A stretch of DNA of 64,000 bases from a virus (IMGVR_UViG_3300014204_000129:47444-111443), one strand, 5' to 3'. Shown: positions 32,377 to 42,931, counted from the first letter of the stretch. A program made the numbers and translations. Notes: generated from the sequence alone by a model not told the origin.

Positions 32377-32844
32377 TTATGTATAATTCACCGTAACCCT
32401 AGTCCGCACCTGTATGTGCATCTCTACATGATCACAAATAACATTATAGAACTTCTCTACAGATATGATAGCAGACGGTGGGCCACTATATGTTTCATCG
32501 GATAATCCTAATGTTATATTCGAGGATAACGATTGTAAGAGAGAGTTTACTGTATCCTGGAAAGTTACATAGGATGCCCCATTATTAGATGTACTTATCC
32601 ATCCATGTATAGTAAAAGAGTGCAACCACCATTGTTCATGATTAGTAGTGTGCTCTCTATTAAGTTCAATAGATTCTCTCAGTATAACCCAAAAGTTGAA
32701 TCTATCTTGTGAGTCAAAAGGAATATATGCTTTTACGTCTGCATCTGTTGGCAATAAAGGCATATATGCATATATAGTATTAACTTCAGAGTTACCCTGA
32801 AGCACTGTGATTATAGCAGATTCTATAGCAGCGTATGTTGCCAT
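32377..32844 (-). CDS. Tail terminator-like protein
   Basis: Size and position upstream of the tube gene. Confidence 0.55.
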   Translation of the reverse strand: MATYAAIESAIITVLQGNSEVNTIYAYMPLLPTDADVKAYIPFDSQDRFNFWVILRESIELNREHTTNHEQWWLHSFTIHGWISTSNNGASYVTFQDTVNSLLQSLSSNITLGLSDETYSGPPSAIISVEKFYNVICDHVEMHIQVRTRVTVNYT

Positions 32845-33509
32845 TATGCGTCCGTAATACTCCTAAATAGCCCATTAATAGTCGCTGTTAGATAGCTCTT
32901 TGTATAACCTAGCGCGGCTACAGGCTCTAACTTGCGGGGATTTACCCCAGTCCGTAATGCGAACTGCTGCAAGAAATTATCTCTGACATCCTCATATTTC
33001 TTACTAATACTGCCAAACACAACAATATCTGCTGAGAATCGTTCATCTGCTGCACTTGCATACTTTGCTGCTAGCCTATCACAGATAAGGGCGGCTGTTA
33101 GGAAAGCTACAGAGTCAGCATCAAAGACTGTTAAATCTGCTTCTTCCCATCTTATAGTATAATACAAGTAGAAATTAGATGATGGTGTCATATTTAAGAA
33201 CTTAAGTTTATAAAGACCTGTGGCACCATCCAGACCAATAGTATAATATTCCTCATCAATGAATTCAGGAGGATCTTGGTCTGCTGGGTACTCTATCTGT
33301 AGCACACTACTGAAACGATTCTCCCAGTTTATGGGGAGAGTAAATACAGAAGTGGTTCCAGTTGCGGTAATCTCTGCCACGGTCTCTTGAGGGAATAGTG
33401 AAGAGAATGAGCCAAGGGTAGTTGACACATATGCACTAAGCATTGCGTCTGTTATACCTTCAGAAGTCAGTTGCGGAATATAGTATTCAACTGTATCTAC
33501 TATTGCCAT
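32844..33509 (-). CDS. Head-tail adaptor protein
   Basis: IEYP..QDPP, LAAKYA motifs; position. Confidence 0.6.
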   Translation of the reverse strand: MAIVDTVEYYIPQLTSEGITDAMLSAYVSTTLGSFSSLFPQETVAEITATGTTSVFTLPINWENRFSSVLQIEYPADQDPPEFIDEEYYTIGLDGATGLYKLKFLNMTPSSNFYLYYTIRWEEADLTVFDADSVAFLTAALICDRLAAKYASAADERFSADIVVFGSISKKYEDVRDNFLQQFALRTGVNPRKLEPVAALGYTKSYLTATINGLFRSITDA

Positions 33510-33549
33510 AAAGTAGTCCTATGGGGGGATATTACTCCCCCCACATTAT

Positions 33550-33963
33550 TTAGGAGGTAGGCGGCCAATACGTTATATAAGCAGATAAACTATCAAGTGC
33601 CACACCAGTAGACGCCTGTGTTACAGTCATACGAACTATATCACCCTCACTCAATTCATTAGAGGTTAATGTAAGTGTGGTTAGGGTGTTAGCAGTTAGG
33701 GACTGCCCTCCAGTAGTATCCTGTGTGCTTAGACTACCAAGACTCGTTGTAGTGGTACCAGTTGCCCCACCATTTAGCAGCGCAATGGTAGCATAATTAG
33801 CAGTATGAGATGCTGAGTTAGCACCAACCATGATCTTTGCTGCAATTTCACAATCGAACGGTGCAACAAATACCATGCTAGCTAGATCAGCATTAGCTGC
33901 AATATCACCAAGTGTCACTACTGCGGGCCGTGTACCAGGAATATCATTAAATCTATTACCCAT
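33550..33963 (-). CDS. Capsid decoration-like protein
   Basis: FVAPFDC..L.EGD; directly after the capsid gene and flanked by hairpins at 33521-33545 and 33979-34003. Confidence 0.55.
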   Translation of the reverse strand: MGNRFNDIPGTRPAVVTLGDIAANADLASMVFVAPFDCEIAAKIMVGANSASHTANYATIALLNGGATGTTTTSLGSLSTQDTTGGQSLTANTLTTLTLTSNELSEGDIVRMTVTQASTGVALDSLSAYITYWPPTS

Positions 33964-34008
33964 TATTATCTCCTTTAGAGAGGGGGTATTTCTACCCCCT
34001 ATTAATCC

Positions 34009-36330
34009 TTATCCTAAGTAACCCCAGACACCACGATGGTCCGCAACAGCGTAGCCGAAGATAAACCGAATCTTCAGATAGACCTTATCAGCAGTATAAC
34101 CACTACCACTGTTAGGAGCCTCGAAGAATAGTTCAGGAGTATCCTTTCCATTCAGGAAACCAACTTCTATAGTGGGAACAAGGTTCGGGTCCGCAACCAT
34201 GAACCACCATGTAGTATGTGTAGTCCAGTAATCAATAACTATGATCTCAAACGAGCCCTTTACCGAGTTAGGTACATATACGCTAGAGGCATTATAGTAG
34301 AAGTCACCATCACGAATCTGCTTCGCAGTTGCTTCTAGGGCAGGCGGAACAACCATGTACTTGGGCCGAATCGACAGGGCCATGCTCGAAGACGAAAGTG
34401 CTGTCTGTGTGCGCATAGCGGTAATCGCAGCTGCTACATTAGCCGCTGATAGTGTCGTACCAGAGCCCTTGTTACTATGGGTACTATCAAACCACGCTGT
34501 ACTATCATACGTAGTAGTCGGGTTGGTATCAAACACATCGAATATTGTCTTGTACAGGGTCAACTTCGCTGCCATTGCTAGTTTCTTAGGGATCTGGGCA
34601 AGTGCACCAATGTCATCATTGACAGCCTTCTCGAAAGTATAACTCTCAAGCTGACCTTTCTTGGTTGCTACATAGCTCGCCTCTTCCTCACTGGGGCTTG
34701 TAGGCTCAGTATAAGGATTACCTTCAGCAACTGTAGGCAGTACATCATAGAAACCTAGCCGCTCAACATACTGGTTCTTAAAGTCAGCTACATTACGAGT
34801 ATTGCTAACGACCAGCCGCCACTCATCTAGTGTCGGTATCTGATATTCCTTTACTAACATACGATGTAGTGTATTGCCAATCGCTGTAGACCACGTAACA
34901 CTCTCACGTATGCGTGTTAACGGATCAGCGTTAGCCTGTAAGGCCATCATAATGCCCTGTGCAATCTCATCCCTACTAAGATCAAACGGGTTGACGCCGT
35001 TGAACTCCAGGTACGACTCGTGTAGAGAACGATACGGACGTATATTATCAACCATCTTGCCGGTCAGTAGCCCCTCTAGGGCCTTCTGGCGCCGATCAAA
35101 GTCGTTGGTAGAACGCCATGTATTAACCGCAACACGACTTTCCTCAATGACCCTCGCATACACATCCTTCTCTATCGTAATCTCGTCTTCTAGTGTCTTT
35201 GCCTCAAAGGTAGTGCCCGCATACTTCTTATAGATCTTTGTCTTTACCGGAGCAGGTAGCTGGCTATTTTCCAGCTGCTCAGATAGAACTCGTGCACATG
35301 CTTCAATATCAAGGCGCTTTGCTAACTTCTCAAGCTGCTCTTGCACAGCCCCCATATCACTGCCTTCCTTAGGTGTGATAACGGGAATATGCTGGGAACC
35401 TGCCGCAACACCATCAACTACAGGCTGTACTGTAGTAACAGTTTCCGGGCCGGGCTCAACTAATCGCTCTTCAATCTTCTCATTATCCATTATAATTTCC
35501 TCCGAAATACTTCCTTGCTTACGAACAGATTCATACATAGCGATAGCTGCGGATTCGGACAGCCCGGCAATGCCGCCTCCAGCCGCAGGCTCTGCAACTA
35601 AATCAACACTCTCAATCTTACCAATCTTCTTTATCACGTAAAGCTGCTCTTCACCGTACTGCTCAAGAACCCCCTCACCTTGGCCAATTATTGATAGACC
35701 AATAAGATCAGGACGGTTGCGTTCGTACATTTCTAGCAAGAACGGGTGAAAAGCTGAGCTTTCCATAACATTTAATATAGCATCTACTGATCCACTTACA
35801 TCGGACCAGTGAGCTTCCTCAAACCACCCAACAACGTCACGTACCGATCTTCCCATATCAAAATAGTCAGGATGATCTGCATAACATTTTACGCCTTCGA
35901 ATAGTGAAACAGCTGCCTTCAGTACTTCCTCAGGATATACCCTGTAATTGAGAGAACGTCCAGCCTTAATAAGACGGGCCTTCCAACGTAATCCCTTCTT
36001 AGGAGTGCCTTCCTCAGGAGCCTCTGCCTCTAGCAAAACAGCCTCAAATAGTAACCTCTTTGGCTGCTCTACTTTCTCTAGGAAGGTATAATTATGTATA
36101 CCAACGCTGCTAAGAGCTTCCTGTAGTTTACTGAGGCATTTAGCAATATTTAGATCCTCTTTATATACTTTGTTAAGGTATGTAATAGCATCAAATAAAG
36201 AGACTAGGTCATTGCTAGTTACTTCTTTTAGGGTTCCTAAGTATCCCTTTATAGAAGTTATAGGTTCCTGTGCATCCTCAGGGAGTATGCCCAGTATTTC
36301 TTTGATTGTAGAAGTTATCTCTTCATACAT
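34009..36330 (-). CDS. Prohead protease-scaffold-major capsid fusion (Mu gpT-like capsid domain)
   Basis: AGRSLNYRVYP, ADHP, GLSI, SVDLVAEPAAGG (protease); VNDDIGAL, PKYMVVPPALE, IEVGFLNG, DHRG (capsid). Confidence 0.85.
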   Translation of the reverse strand: MYEEITSTIKEILGILPEDAQEPITSIKGYLGTLKEVTSNDLVSLFDAITYLNKVYKEDLNIAKCLSKLQEALSSVGIHNYTFLEKVEQPKRLLFEAVLLEAEAPEEGTPKKGLRWKARLIKAGRSLNYRVYPEEVLKAAVSLFEGVKCYADHPDYFDMGRSVRDVVGWFEEAHWSDVSGSVDAILNVMESSAFHPFLLEMYERNRPDLIGLSIIGQGEGVLEQYGEEQLYVIKKIGKIESVDLVAEPAAGGGIAGLSESAAIAMYESVRKQGSISEEIIMDNEKIEERLVEPGPETVTTVQPVVDGVAAGSQHIPVITPKEGSDMGAVQEQLEKLAKRLDIEACARVLSEQLENSQLPAPVKTKIYKKYAGTTFEAKTLEDEITIEKDVYARVIEESRVAVNTWRSTNDFDRRQKALEGLLTGKMVDNIRPYRSLHESYLEFNGVNPFDLSRDEIAQGIMMALQANADPLTRIRESVTWSTAIGNTLHRMLVKEYQIPTLDEWRLVVSNTRNVADFKNQYVERLGFYDVLPTVAEGNPYTEPTSPSEEEASYVATKKGQLESYTFEKAVNDDIGALAQIPKKLAMAAKLTLYKTIFDVFDTNPTTTYDSTAWFDSTHSNKGSGTTLSAANVAAAITAMRTQTALSSSSMALSIRPKYMVVPPALEATAKQIRDGDFYYNASSVYVPNSVKGSFEIIVIDYWTTHTTWWFMVADPNLVPTIEVGFLNGKDTPELFFEAPNSGSGYTADKVYLKIRFIFGYAVADHRGVWGYLG

Positions 36331-36352
36331 TATATATTTCTCCCCTACTATT

Positions 36353-36365
36353 ATTATAGCACATC
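36353..36365 (-). promoter_or_regulatory. GATGTGCTATAAT extended -10 promoter upstream of the capsid gene
   Basis: Same motif as at 8751, 8910, 15027 and 42194. Confidence 0.7.
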
Positions 36366-36377
36366 AATGGTAAAAAT

Positions 36378-37751
36378 TTATACTTTCTGGTACACATATT
36401 TAGAAAGTTGTTTAATTGATAGATCTTTTATGGTTACTTCCCAGTTATGAGTAAGATCTGTGTGTATAAAATCTCTTCTAGTTGTTTGTGATAGACCAAT
36501 TATAAGTATCCCCCCCTCTTTTAGATTCTTATCTACGAGTTTAGATAATATTTGCTTAGGATTAGGAGCATACTCTAGAACATCTATTATAGATATTATA
36601 TCATACTTACCTGATAAAAAGTTTGTAAAAGTGATAGTGCCAGGCGCTTGTACAGTACTTGCATATAGTTGTGCATATCTTAGTAAGTGATCCGATATAT
36701 CATAGTGTGTTACATTCCAGCCACGGCTTGCTAACAGTACAGCTTCCGTGCCTATACCACCACCAAAGATTAATGCCTTACCCTCACCCTTTGGGGTAAT
36801 GATTGTCGAATAGGCATCATGTATTATTCCAGCAAATGTGGGGCTGGTAGCCCATGATAGCTGGTCTAATATATATGCATCAGTATTAAGTATTCCTAAA
36901 CCAAGTTCTTTCCAAGTAGTATGTAATGTCTTAGCATTCTCACATATGCGCTGATTAAGACCCTCATAGTCTGTATTAAAGTATCGAGCAGCAGTAACCA
37001 TGTGATTATGCAAGACTCTTGCTCTGAACATTACCTCATCTTCTCTGTGGATCTCCATAAAATCTCTAAAGGTTATTGCTTGGGAAGTTAAATGTCCGCA
37101 CTGGATAGACATATCTAGGTATATCTTGAAGCCTTCCTCAGTGGCTGCTAAGCAAAAATAGTAATCTTCTGAGCAATCTCTTTTGAATGAGAACCAATCT
37201 TTACCTATTTTATCAAGTACTGATCTGTGTATTAATAAGCATCCTGCACCACACCCACCAATCTCCAGTAGTGCCTCTTCATCTGATGCATCAAAGTATG
37301 CACACTGATTATCTATATTATCAAAACCATGCTTCTTTATAAAATTCCATATTGGATCACTTATAGGCATAAAGGTTGGAATACCTAGTATTTCTCCAAT
37401 ATAGTTAGAGGCTACTGGTAGCATGAATTCGAGGTCTCGGTTGAAGTAGACTCCAGATAGAACCTTTATATTATTACGTTCTGCACGCTCTATCATCTTA
37501 TCTATTAAATTAGGGGGGAAGTACATATCAGTGTCTAAGCATAGTACCCACTCTACATCTGGATATGATAGTGCTTTAGCCATTAGTCCGTTTCTATTTG
37601 CGGATAGGAGGGTACCGCTATTATATAGTGGAATTACTCTATGATTCTTAGTACCCTCCATTACACGCACTCTGCTGTCCCAACATGAGGCTATATTTGT
37701 AAATTCCTGTCTAGGCATTGCTACTGCAACAACACTCATGTTAACTCTCAT
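36378..37751 (-). CDS. GT2-like glycosyltransferase fused to a class I methyltransferase
   Basis: LCLDTDM, GAGCLLIHR, SEDYYFC; FGGGIG, YDIS, IDVLEY. Confidence 0.8.
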   Translation of the reverse strand: MRVNMSVVAVAMPRQEFTNIASCWDSRVRVMEGTKNHRVIPLYNSGTLLSANRNGLMAKALSYPDVEWVLCLDTDMYFPPNLIDKMIERAERNNIKVLSGVYFNRDLEFMLPVASNYIGEILGIPTFMPISDPIWNFIKKHGFDNIDNQCAYFDASDEEALLEIGGCGAGCLLIHRSVLDKIGKDWFSFKRDCSEDYYFCLAATEEGFKIYLDMSIQCGHLTSQAITFRDFMEIHREDEVMFRARVLHNHMVTAARYFNTDYEGLNQRICENAKTLHTTWKELGLGILNTDAYILDQLSWATSPTFAGIIHDAYSTIITPKGEGKALIFGGGIGTEAVLLASRGWNVTHYDISDHLLRYAQLYASTVQAPGTITFTNFLSGKYDIISIIDVLEYAPNPKQILSKLVDKNLKEGGILIIGLSQTTRRDFIHTDLTHNWEVTIKDLSIKQLSKYVYQKV

Positions 37752-39000
37752 CCATTATCATAGTATTCAACATACCTATAATAGGCTTAACTTCTTCGTC
37801 ACTAATAATACCAGACTGAAGAGCCCTTCCATAAGCATCCAATAGACGCGCAACTGCACCAGCAACTCTTTGTATATCTTTAATACCAAGTTTCTGTGTA
37901 TTACATTTTACCACATACTTACGCTTACCAATAGCTCCCTTATCTACACTATTCTGTATAACGAAGGTTAGTATGGTTTCAAAGCAAGAGGCTAAGTATA
38001 GCTGTACGTTTTCTATAGCTTTTATTCCTGCGTTAGTAGATTCAGAGATATTACGAGCAGGGCTGCCTGTAAATATATCCATAGTCAAAGCAGCGCAATT
38101 GAGCGCTAGTTGAAGGAAGAATTCACTGACCTCACTACTACCAGCACTGGTGCTACTACTAGAGAGCACTGACCATGTGGCGCGTTCATTATGGGCAATG
38201 AGAGAATTAGGCGGGGGTGGCTGCCTACTGCGATCCGCAAGGAACTTCTTAATATCTGTCTCTGACTTACCCATTAAATTTACATCAATCCATACACTGT
38301 CTTTGAAAGCACTACCACGCATCTTAGCAAATAGATAGGCTTGTAGTTCTGCAACCCAATCTAATGCAGAGCATAAATAGGGAACACCACGCAACATATC
38401 ACCAATATTATTTAATGATAGATAGAAAGAGTTACCAATAATCTTATCTACAACTGCATCATATCTAAGTAATTCATACTCTTTATTAGTGCCACTCTCC
38501 GTGCTTACTACAACTTTACCCGGCTTACGATAATCTGACTTTTGTGGAGTAACTTCTAGGATAGCCGTACTACCTACAGTGGTTACATAGGTCTTTCCAC
38601 TAATATTGTTTACATCAAATACCCAGAGTAGTTCGCCGGTGTCTAATAATTCTAATATCCATTTACGTAGGCTTTCAGATATCTTATTAGGGTGCCCAGT
38701 CCAGAACTCTTCCATAACTTGCTGACTCTTACCAGCTTTCTGCTCAGGTTGTATTGTAAATGTAAAGTTAGCACTAACAACGAAATCCGCTAATATCTCT
38801 ATCATCCTATGATAGATAAAGTTAGTATAGTAGTAATCTAAACTTAATTCACGGGCCTGCTGTTGCTTCTCAGGATCAAGTGGCAGTGTTACACCGCTAC
38901 CGCCTATTGCAAGAAACAGGTGTGAATCACCATCTTTATGATTACTAGTATCCTCTGCCTCATATATAACTATCTGCTTCTGCTGATTTATCCAAGGCAT
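37741..39000 (-). CDS. Portal protein
   Basis: Position after terminase; LLDTGE, RGVPYL, AHNERATW motifs. Confidence 0.7.
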   Translation of the reverse strand: MPWINQQKQIVIYEAEDTSNHKDGDSHLFLAIGGSGVTLPLDPEKQQQARELSLDYYYTNFIYHRMIEILADFVVSANFTFTIQPEQKAGKSQQVMEEFWTGHPNKISESLRKWILELLDTGELLWVFDVNNISGKTYVTTVGSTAILEVTPQKSDYRKPGKVVVSTESGTNKEYELLRYDAVVDKIIGNSFYLSLNNIGDMLRGVPYLCSALDWVAELQAYLFAKMRGSAFKDSVWIDVNLMGKSETDIKKFLADRSRQPPPPNSLIAHNERATWSVLSSSSTSAGSSEVSEFFLQLALNCAALTMDIFTGSPARNISESTNAGIKAIENVQLYLASCFETILTFVIQNSVDKGAIGKRKYVVKCNTQKLGIKDIQRVAGAVARLLDAYGRALQSGIISDEEVKPIIGMLNTMIMDES

Positions 39001-39353
39001 TATAATCTCCTAATCTGCGCATATATAGACAGTGGATTACCATACTTCATCCGTAAAGTAACACGCACTCCTTCTACATAATTAAACTGTAGCATATAGG
39101 CAGGTTCTGTCTGCTTATTAGTTAATTCTGTTAAACAAAAAACTCTCCAGAAATCATTAATAGGTACTTCTACCATTATCTCTAATACATCACCATTTAC
39201 CATATTATTAAGGTCAGCAATAACTACATAACTGCCCCCACCAACTAACTCACCAACAATATATTTATCAGCTATATTTATTGTCTGAGAAAAGTCTACG
39301 AGTGCTGCTGTCGAATAGCCTGCTAACCGAGAATGTTGAGTCCTGCCCACCAT
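39000..39353 (-). CDS. Hypothetical virion protein overlapping the terminase 3' end
   Basis: AAGGAG SD at the start; 86-nt overlap. Confidence 0.55.
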   Translation of the reverse strand: MVGRTQHSRLAGYSTAALVDFSQTINIADKYIVGELVGGGSYVVIADLNNMVNGDVLEIMVEVPINDFWRVFCLTELTNKQTEPAYMLQFNYVEGVRVTLRMKYGNPLSIYAQIRRL

Positions 39354-41916
39354 ATACTCCTTCTGTAATTCTTTTTAATTCTCCATAATTGACTGCTGTA
39401 TTTTCATACTCAGTGGCGGCTTCCCCACCAACAGTCATTCCTTCATACGCCTTTTCTGTAGCATCTAATATATCATCACGAGAACTACCAGTAAATGCTA
39501 ACCACTGTTTTATAAATAATTCTGATTTGTAGGTTGGAAGGTACCCGCCCTCCTCAACATTAGCAGGTAATAGTATTTTTTTAGCCTTAAATCTTTCTGC
39601 TAATAGTTGTATTCGGATGCTCTTGGGTATACTGCTAGCCGAAGCTCGCACATAAGAGGTAACTGCGGAAGCAATAAGAGCATGGAGTCCCCCTCTATCC
39701 TCTACATTTATCAATGCAGGTCTATATAACTCTGATAACTCTTTAACTATAGCTACTTGTGTTTCTAATCCATATTGGCCAGTTAGTATATCAACAACAT
39801 ATCCTTGACCTAAACTATCTTGGCCTATCACAACAGCAGCAAATTCATCTGAGCCACCCTCTTTATCACAGGGGTCTACACCAATATAATAGACTAAGGA
39901 CTCCGGGGTTACTTCTTCTAGGTAGAAAGATAACCAGTCTGGATTGAGGGAGGCTTGTGGGGCAATTGGCTGTTGCAAGTATTGAGCGCGGTAGAAGAGT
40001 GGGTTACTCTCACTCTCTTTACGAAGCTGCTCACTATTTATAAACTCTGGCCACAATGGCTTATCTACTGGGGCAGCCATTTCTATTATCTTCCAATCTG
40101 GGTTCTTCTTTATATCTTCATAGAGATCACCCGTGTAGAAACGACTACCGCTTAAGATTACTTGGCCACCTGGGTCTACACGCTTATGAAGCTCAGCCCA
40201 GAATGTTTGGGTAATCTGTTGTCGCATAGTGTGACTGAGAGTATTCTTTTGTGTTATTAGATCATCACAGTTCTTTGCCGCTACCTGAGCAGTTATGTAG
40301 GTGTGATTTGGGGTAACACTGAGATTATACACCAGGCCAGAATATATATTAGTAGATATACTGCTTATTGGTAAATATACGTTCTTCTCATCGAACCAAT
40401 ATTTACTCTTACCTTGCTCACCATCTAGCACCCAACCTGCAATTCGTATCTCCCACTTATTAGCAGTGCTATGTATTTTTCTACCCCCAATATCTGCGTG
40501 TTTGCTTGAGACATTCATAACAGATAATGGCCAACCAAATTTAAACCCTAACTGACGTAATGACCATAGTAGATTTAAGGATACAGAAATTGCTCTATAC
40601 CCAGACTGGTGTGACATTGCACAACCATCGCCGTCTACATAACCTCGTATAAGCTCCCGTGCAGATTCTTTGTCTAACCAATTAATTATTTCTAGGGGAA
40701 TGTACTTACTATAGCAATCTCTTCCAAATTGTCCAAGAAATCTTGTGAACCTAGCAGAATGTATATGTAGTGTTGTGACAGTTCCGTGTGGTTGTATACT
40801 TGTTTTACACCCAAGGGTGCTATTGGCCACAGCACAGACCTTATTAATAATATCTTTGTCCTTCTCACTATTTAAACTAATAACTACTTGACTTCCGCTT
40901 TTATGTCCGTCTGCTAAGTATAACCCTACCAGCCACCAGAAGTCTGAATTAGTATAATTAAATGGTCTATTCCAATTACAATATGTGTCTGGGATGAGGG
41001 GCCCAACACGCTCTGTTTCCAACTTACGCGGGAGTACAAGACAGTATTCCTCAGGTTTAAGATTACCTGCTGGAACCTTTTCTATCTCATAATTATTATA
41101 GCAGAGATGACAAGATCTTGTGCCTCTACGTTCATGAATACAGTTTTCCCAACACCAACGATTTAGCGCAGTGCCACGAGGAAGTGAACAACGGTCTCTA
41201 CGCAATACAAATAGAGGATGATTTGGTGTCACACGCAAGGGAATCGGCCACCCGTGCGCCTTAATAGTTATTAATTCACCTGTATAATTCCTCTGGAACA
41301 CTTTTTCTACCGTACCAATACTGCCATCACATGTATATATCCTAGCACCAAGATTGACTTTACTTATCGGCACCAAGCCCGTAATCGTACTAATGTTTGT
41401 GTCAGGTGTAAAACATAATATCAAGTCTACACGATACCCTAGTATGCCACCCCCTATACCATAAGAAATAAGATTGGGGTCTTTGTGTAAGGGATCATAA
41501 TATAGTACTCGTTTATTATGTGTCCAAGCTTGCCCTGTGGTCTTAGTATTTTCTGGTATAACTTTACCTAATATATCTTCTGATCTTGGGCTCGCTAAGA
41601 TATTACATACATATTTCATAATATCACTAGCAAGACTGCTGTTGTGACTAACAATCATTATACGTGTATGATATTTAGTACCAAGGCACCAAGCAGCATA
41701 TGTAGCCATAGTTGTGGTCTTAGCGTGCCCAGGAGGTAACAGGATGAGTAATCGAGGGATATTAGGCATCTCACGTACAGTATCTCTCCAGAAGCTTGGT
41801 ATACTTCTTCCAAAGACGGTATCATAGTAATCTTCAAAAGATATTATGTTATCTTTCTTCTCTATTATTTTATTTGTGAATAGCTCTAGTTCCTGAAGCA
41901 GTATATCATTACTCAT
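39268..41916 (-). CDS. terL: Terminase large subunit, intein-containing
   Basis: PPGHAKT Walker A; spliced Walker B LIL|CDD; GSRF..DLY; YLQQP; GVDP; DDILDA. Confidence 0.92.
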   Translation of the reverse strand: MSNDILLQELELFTNKIIEKKDNIISFEDYYDTVFGRSIPSFWRDTVREMPNIPRLLILLPPGHAKTTTMATYAAWCLGTKYHTRIMIVSHNSSLASDIMKYVCNILASPRSEDILGKVIPENTKTTGQAWTHNKRVLYYDPLHKDPNLISYGIGGGILGYRVDLILCFTPDTNISTITGLVPISKVNLGARIYTCDGSIGTVEKVFQRNYTGELITIKAHGWPIPLRVTPNHPLFVLRRDRCSLPRGTALNRWCWENCIHERRGTRSCHLCYNNYEIEKVPAGNLKPEEYCLVLPRKLETERVGPLIPDTYCNWNRPFNYTNSDFWWLVGLYLADGHKSGSQVVISLNSEKDKDIINKVCAVANSTLGCKTSIQPHGTVTTLHIHSARFTRFLGQFGRDCYSKYIPLEIINWLDKESARELIRGYVDGDGCAMSHQSGYRAISVSLNLLWSLRQLGFKFGWPLSVMNVSSKHADIGGRKIHSTANKWEIRIAGWVLDGEQGKSKYWFDEKNVYLPISSISTNIYSGLVYNLSVTPNHTYITAQVAAKNCDDLITQKNTLSHTMRQQITQTFWAELHKRVDPGGQVILSGSRFYTGDLYEDIKKNPDWKIIEMAAPVDKPLWPEFINSEQLRKESESNPLFYRAQYLQQPIAPQASLNPDWLSFYLEEVTPESLVYYIGVDPCDKEGGSDEFAAVVIGQDSLGQGYVVDILTGQYGLETQVAIVKELSELYRPALINVEDRGGLHALIASAVTSYVRASASSIPKSIRIQLLAERFKAKKILLPANVEEGGYLPTYKSELFIKQWLAFTGSSRDDILDATEKAYEGMTVGGEAATEYENTAVNYGELKRITEGVYGGQDSTFSVSRLFDSSTRRLFSDNKYS
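40270..41415 (-). mobile_element. Intein with LAGLIDADG endonuclease (382 aa) in the terminase Walker B motif
   Basis: Starts CFTPDT, TPNHP, GLYLADG and RGYVDGDG, ends VYNLSV..HTY..AAKN|C. Confidence 0.9.
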
Positions 41917-42187
41917 TATTAACTATCTCTAATAATTCCTCTGCAAGAATAGCAGGAAACTTTATGTTCTCTCCAGGATTTAATATCATTGTATTCTCAT
42001 CTGCATAGTCTTCTGGAGTAGCATGTTTACTTTGTACTACCTTACGTGGGTACCCTTTGGGTATATTATTCATAGCTAACCAGACCACATAGGCTCGGAA
42101 TAGATCAGGAGCAGTTGTACGGTACTTCTCACACAGATTGTCTACAGTTTCTTCTAACTTGTTCTCTAGTTTAATCGTTACTATCAT
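41909..42187 (-). CDS. Small RHH-like DNA-binding protein upstream of terL
   Basis: N-terminal VTIKLE strand-helix-helix pattern. Confidence 0.45.
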   Translation of the reverse strand: MIVTIKLENKLEETVDNLCEKYRTTAPDLFRAYVVWLAMNNIPKGYPRKVVQSKHATPEDYADENTMILNPGENIKFPAILAEELLEIVNNE

Positions 42188-42193
42188 ACTTAT

Positions 42194-42222
42194 ATTATAT
42201 CACATCCTGTCAAGAAATTCAA
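42194..42222 (-). promoter_or_regulatory. Promoter for the packaging/morphogenesis operon
   Basis: TTGAAT-17 nt-TATAAT containing the 23-bp element shared with 8909. Confidence 0.75.
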
Positions 42223-42245
42223 CAGTATTTGAAATAATTTTAGGC

Positions 42246-42277
42246 AAAAAAATAGGGAGGATGGTTAGTCCCCCCTA
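42246..42277 (-). terminator. Intrinsic terminator
   Basis: G/C-rich stem followed by a T7 tract on the minus strand. Confidence 0.65.
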
Positions 42278-42288
42278 CTGCTTGCCTA

Positions 42289-42795
42289 TTAGTTACAAGG
42301 AGTATACCAGAAGTTAAACTCTAGCTTCTCATCATCACCAGCACCATCGTTAAGTGCGGTAGCATCTAAATGCTTCCAAGAGAAGTATAGTGTAGCGAGA
42401 CTGTGGAATGGTATAGGTTGGTCTGCGACTGCGGCCATACCTCCACCCGTGTCCACTACCCAATCCGCTGCCTGCACGTCCACAATGCCCAGCACCTTTG
42501 CCCAGGCTGCTGCTGAGAGCGCCGTATCACCAGAAGTTACTGAAGGGTCCCCATCAAAGATAATCAGTTTGCCAGCACTGTCCTGAATGGCACCTGTGCC
42601 CGCCTCTGTAGCATAGAAATTAAAGTATTCTATTAGACCGGAAGTTGTCTCTGTAAGAGCTACCCCAACACTTCCACTATAATCATTTTGATCAATCTGT
42701 TCATTAATACCAACAAGTTCTGTGATACCACCTTCTAATTTAGCAGGATTACGTTTTACATCTACAGCCTGCCCATAAGTTTCATAATCAACCAT
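42289..42795 (-). CDS. Monocistronic acidic protein, possibly structural
   Basis: 168 aa, own -10 element and terminator. Confidence 0.6.
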   Translation of the reverse strand: MVDYETYGQAVDVKRNPAKLEGGITELVGINEQIDQNDYSGSVGVALTETTSGLIEYFNFYATEAGTGAIQDSAGKLIIFDGDPSVTSGDTALSAAAWAKVLGIVDVQAADWVVDTGGGMAAVADQPIPFHSLATLYFSWKHLDATALNDGAGDDEKLEFNFWYTPCN

Positions 42796-42870
42796 ATATA
42801 ATAACTCCTATATAAGTATATACTTATATTATATCATATAATCTATGTGAAATGTGCTATATTTTTGGAC

Positions 42871-42906
42871 AAAAAAATACCCAAGGCAGATTGAGTGCCT
42901 TGGGTA
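42871..42906 (-). terminator. Intrinsic terminator after the DNA polymerase gene
   Basis: TACCCAAGGCA...TGCCTTGGGTA stem plus T7 tract. Confidence 0.85.
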
Positions 42907-42931
42907 GTATACTAATTTAGTATTATTTGTT

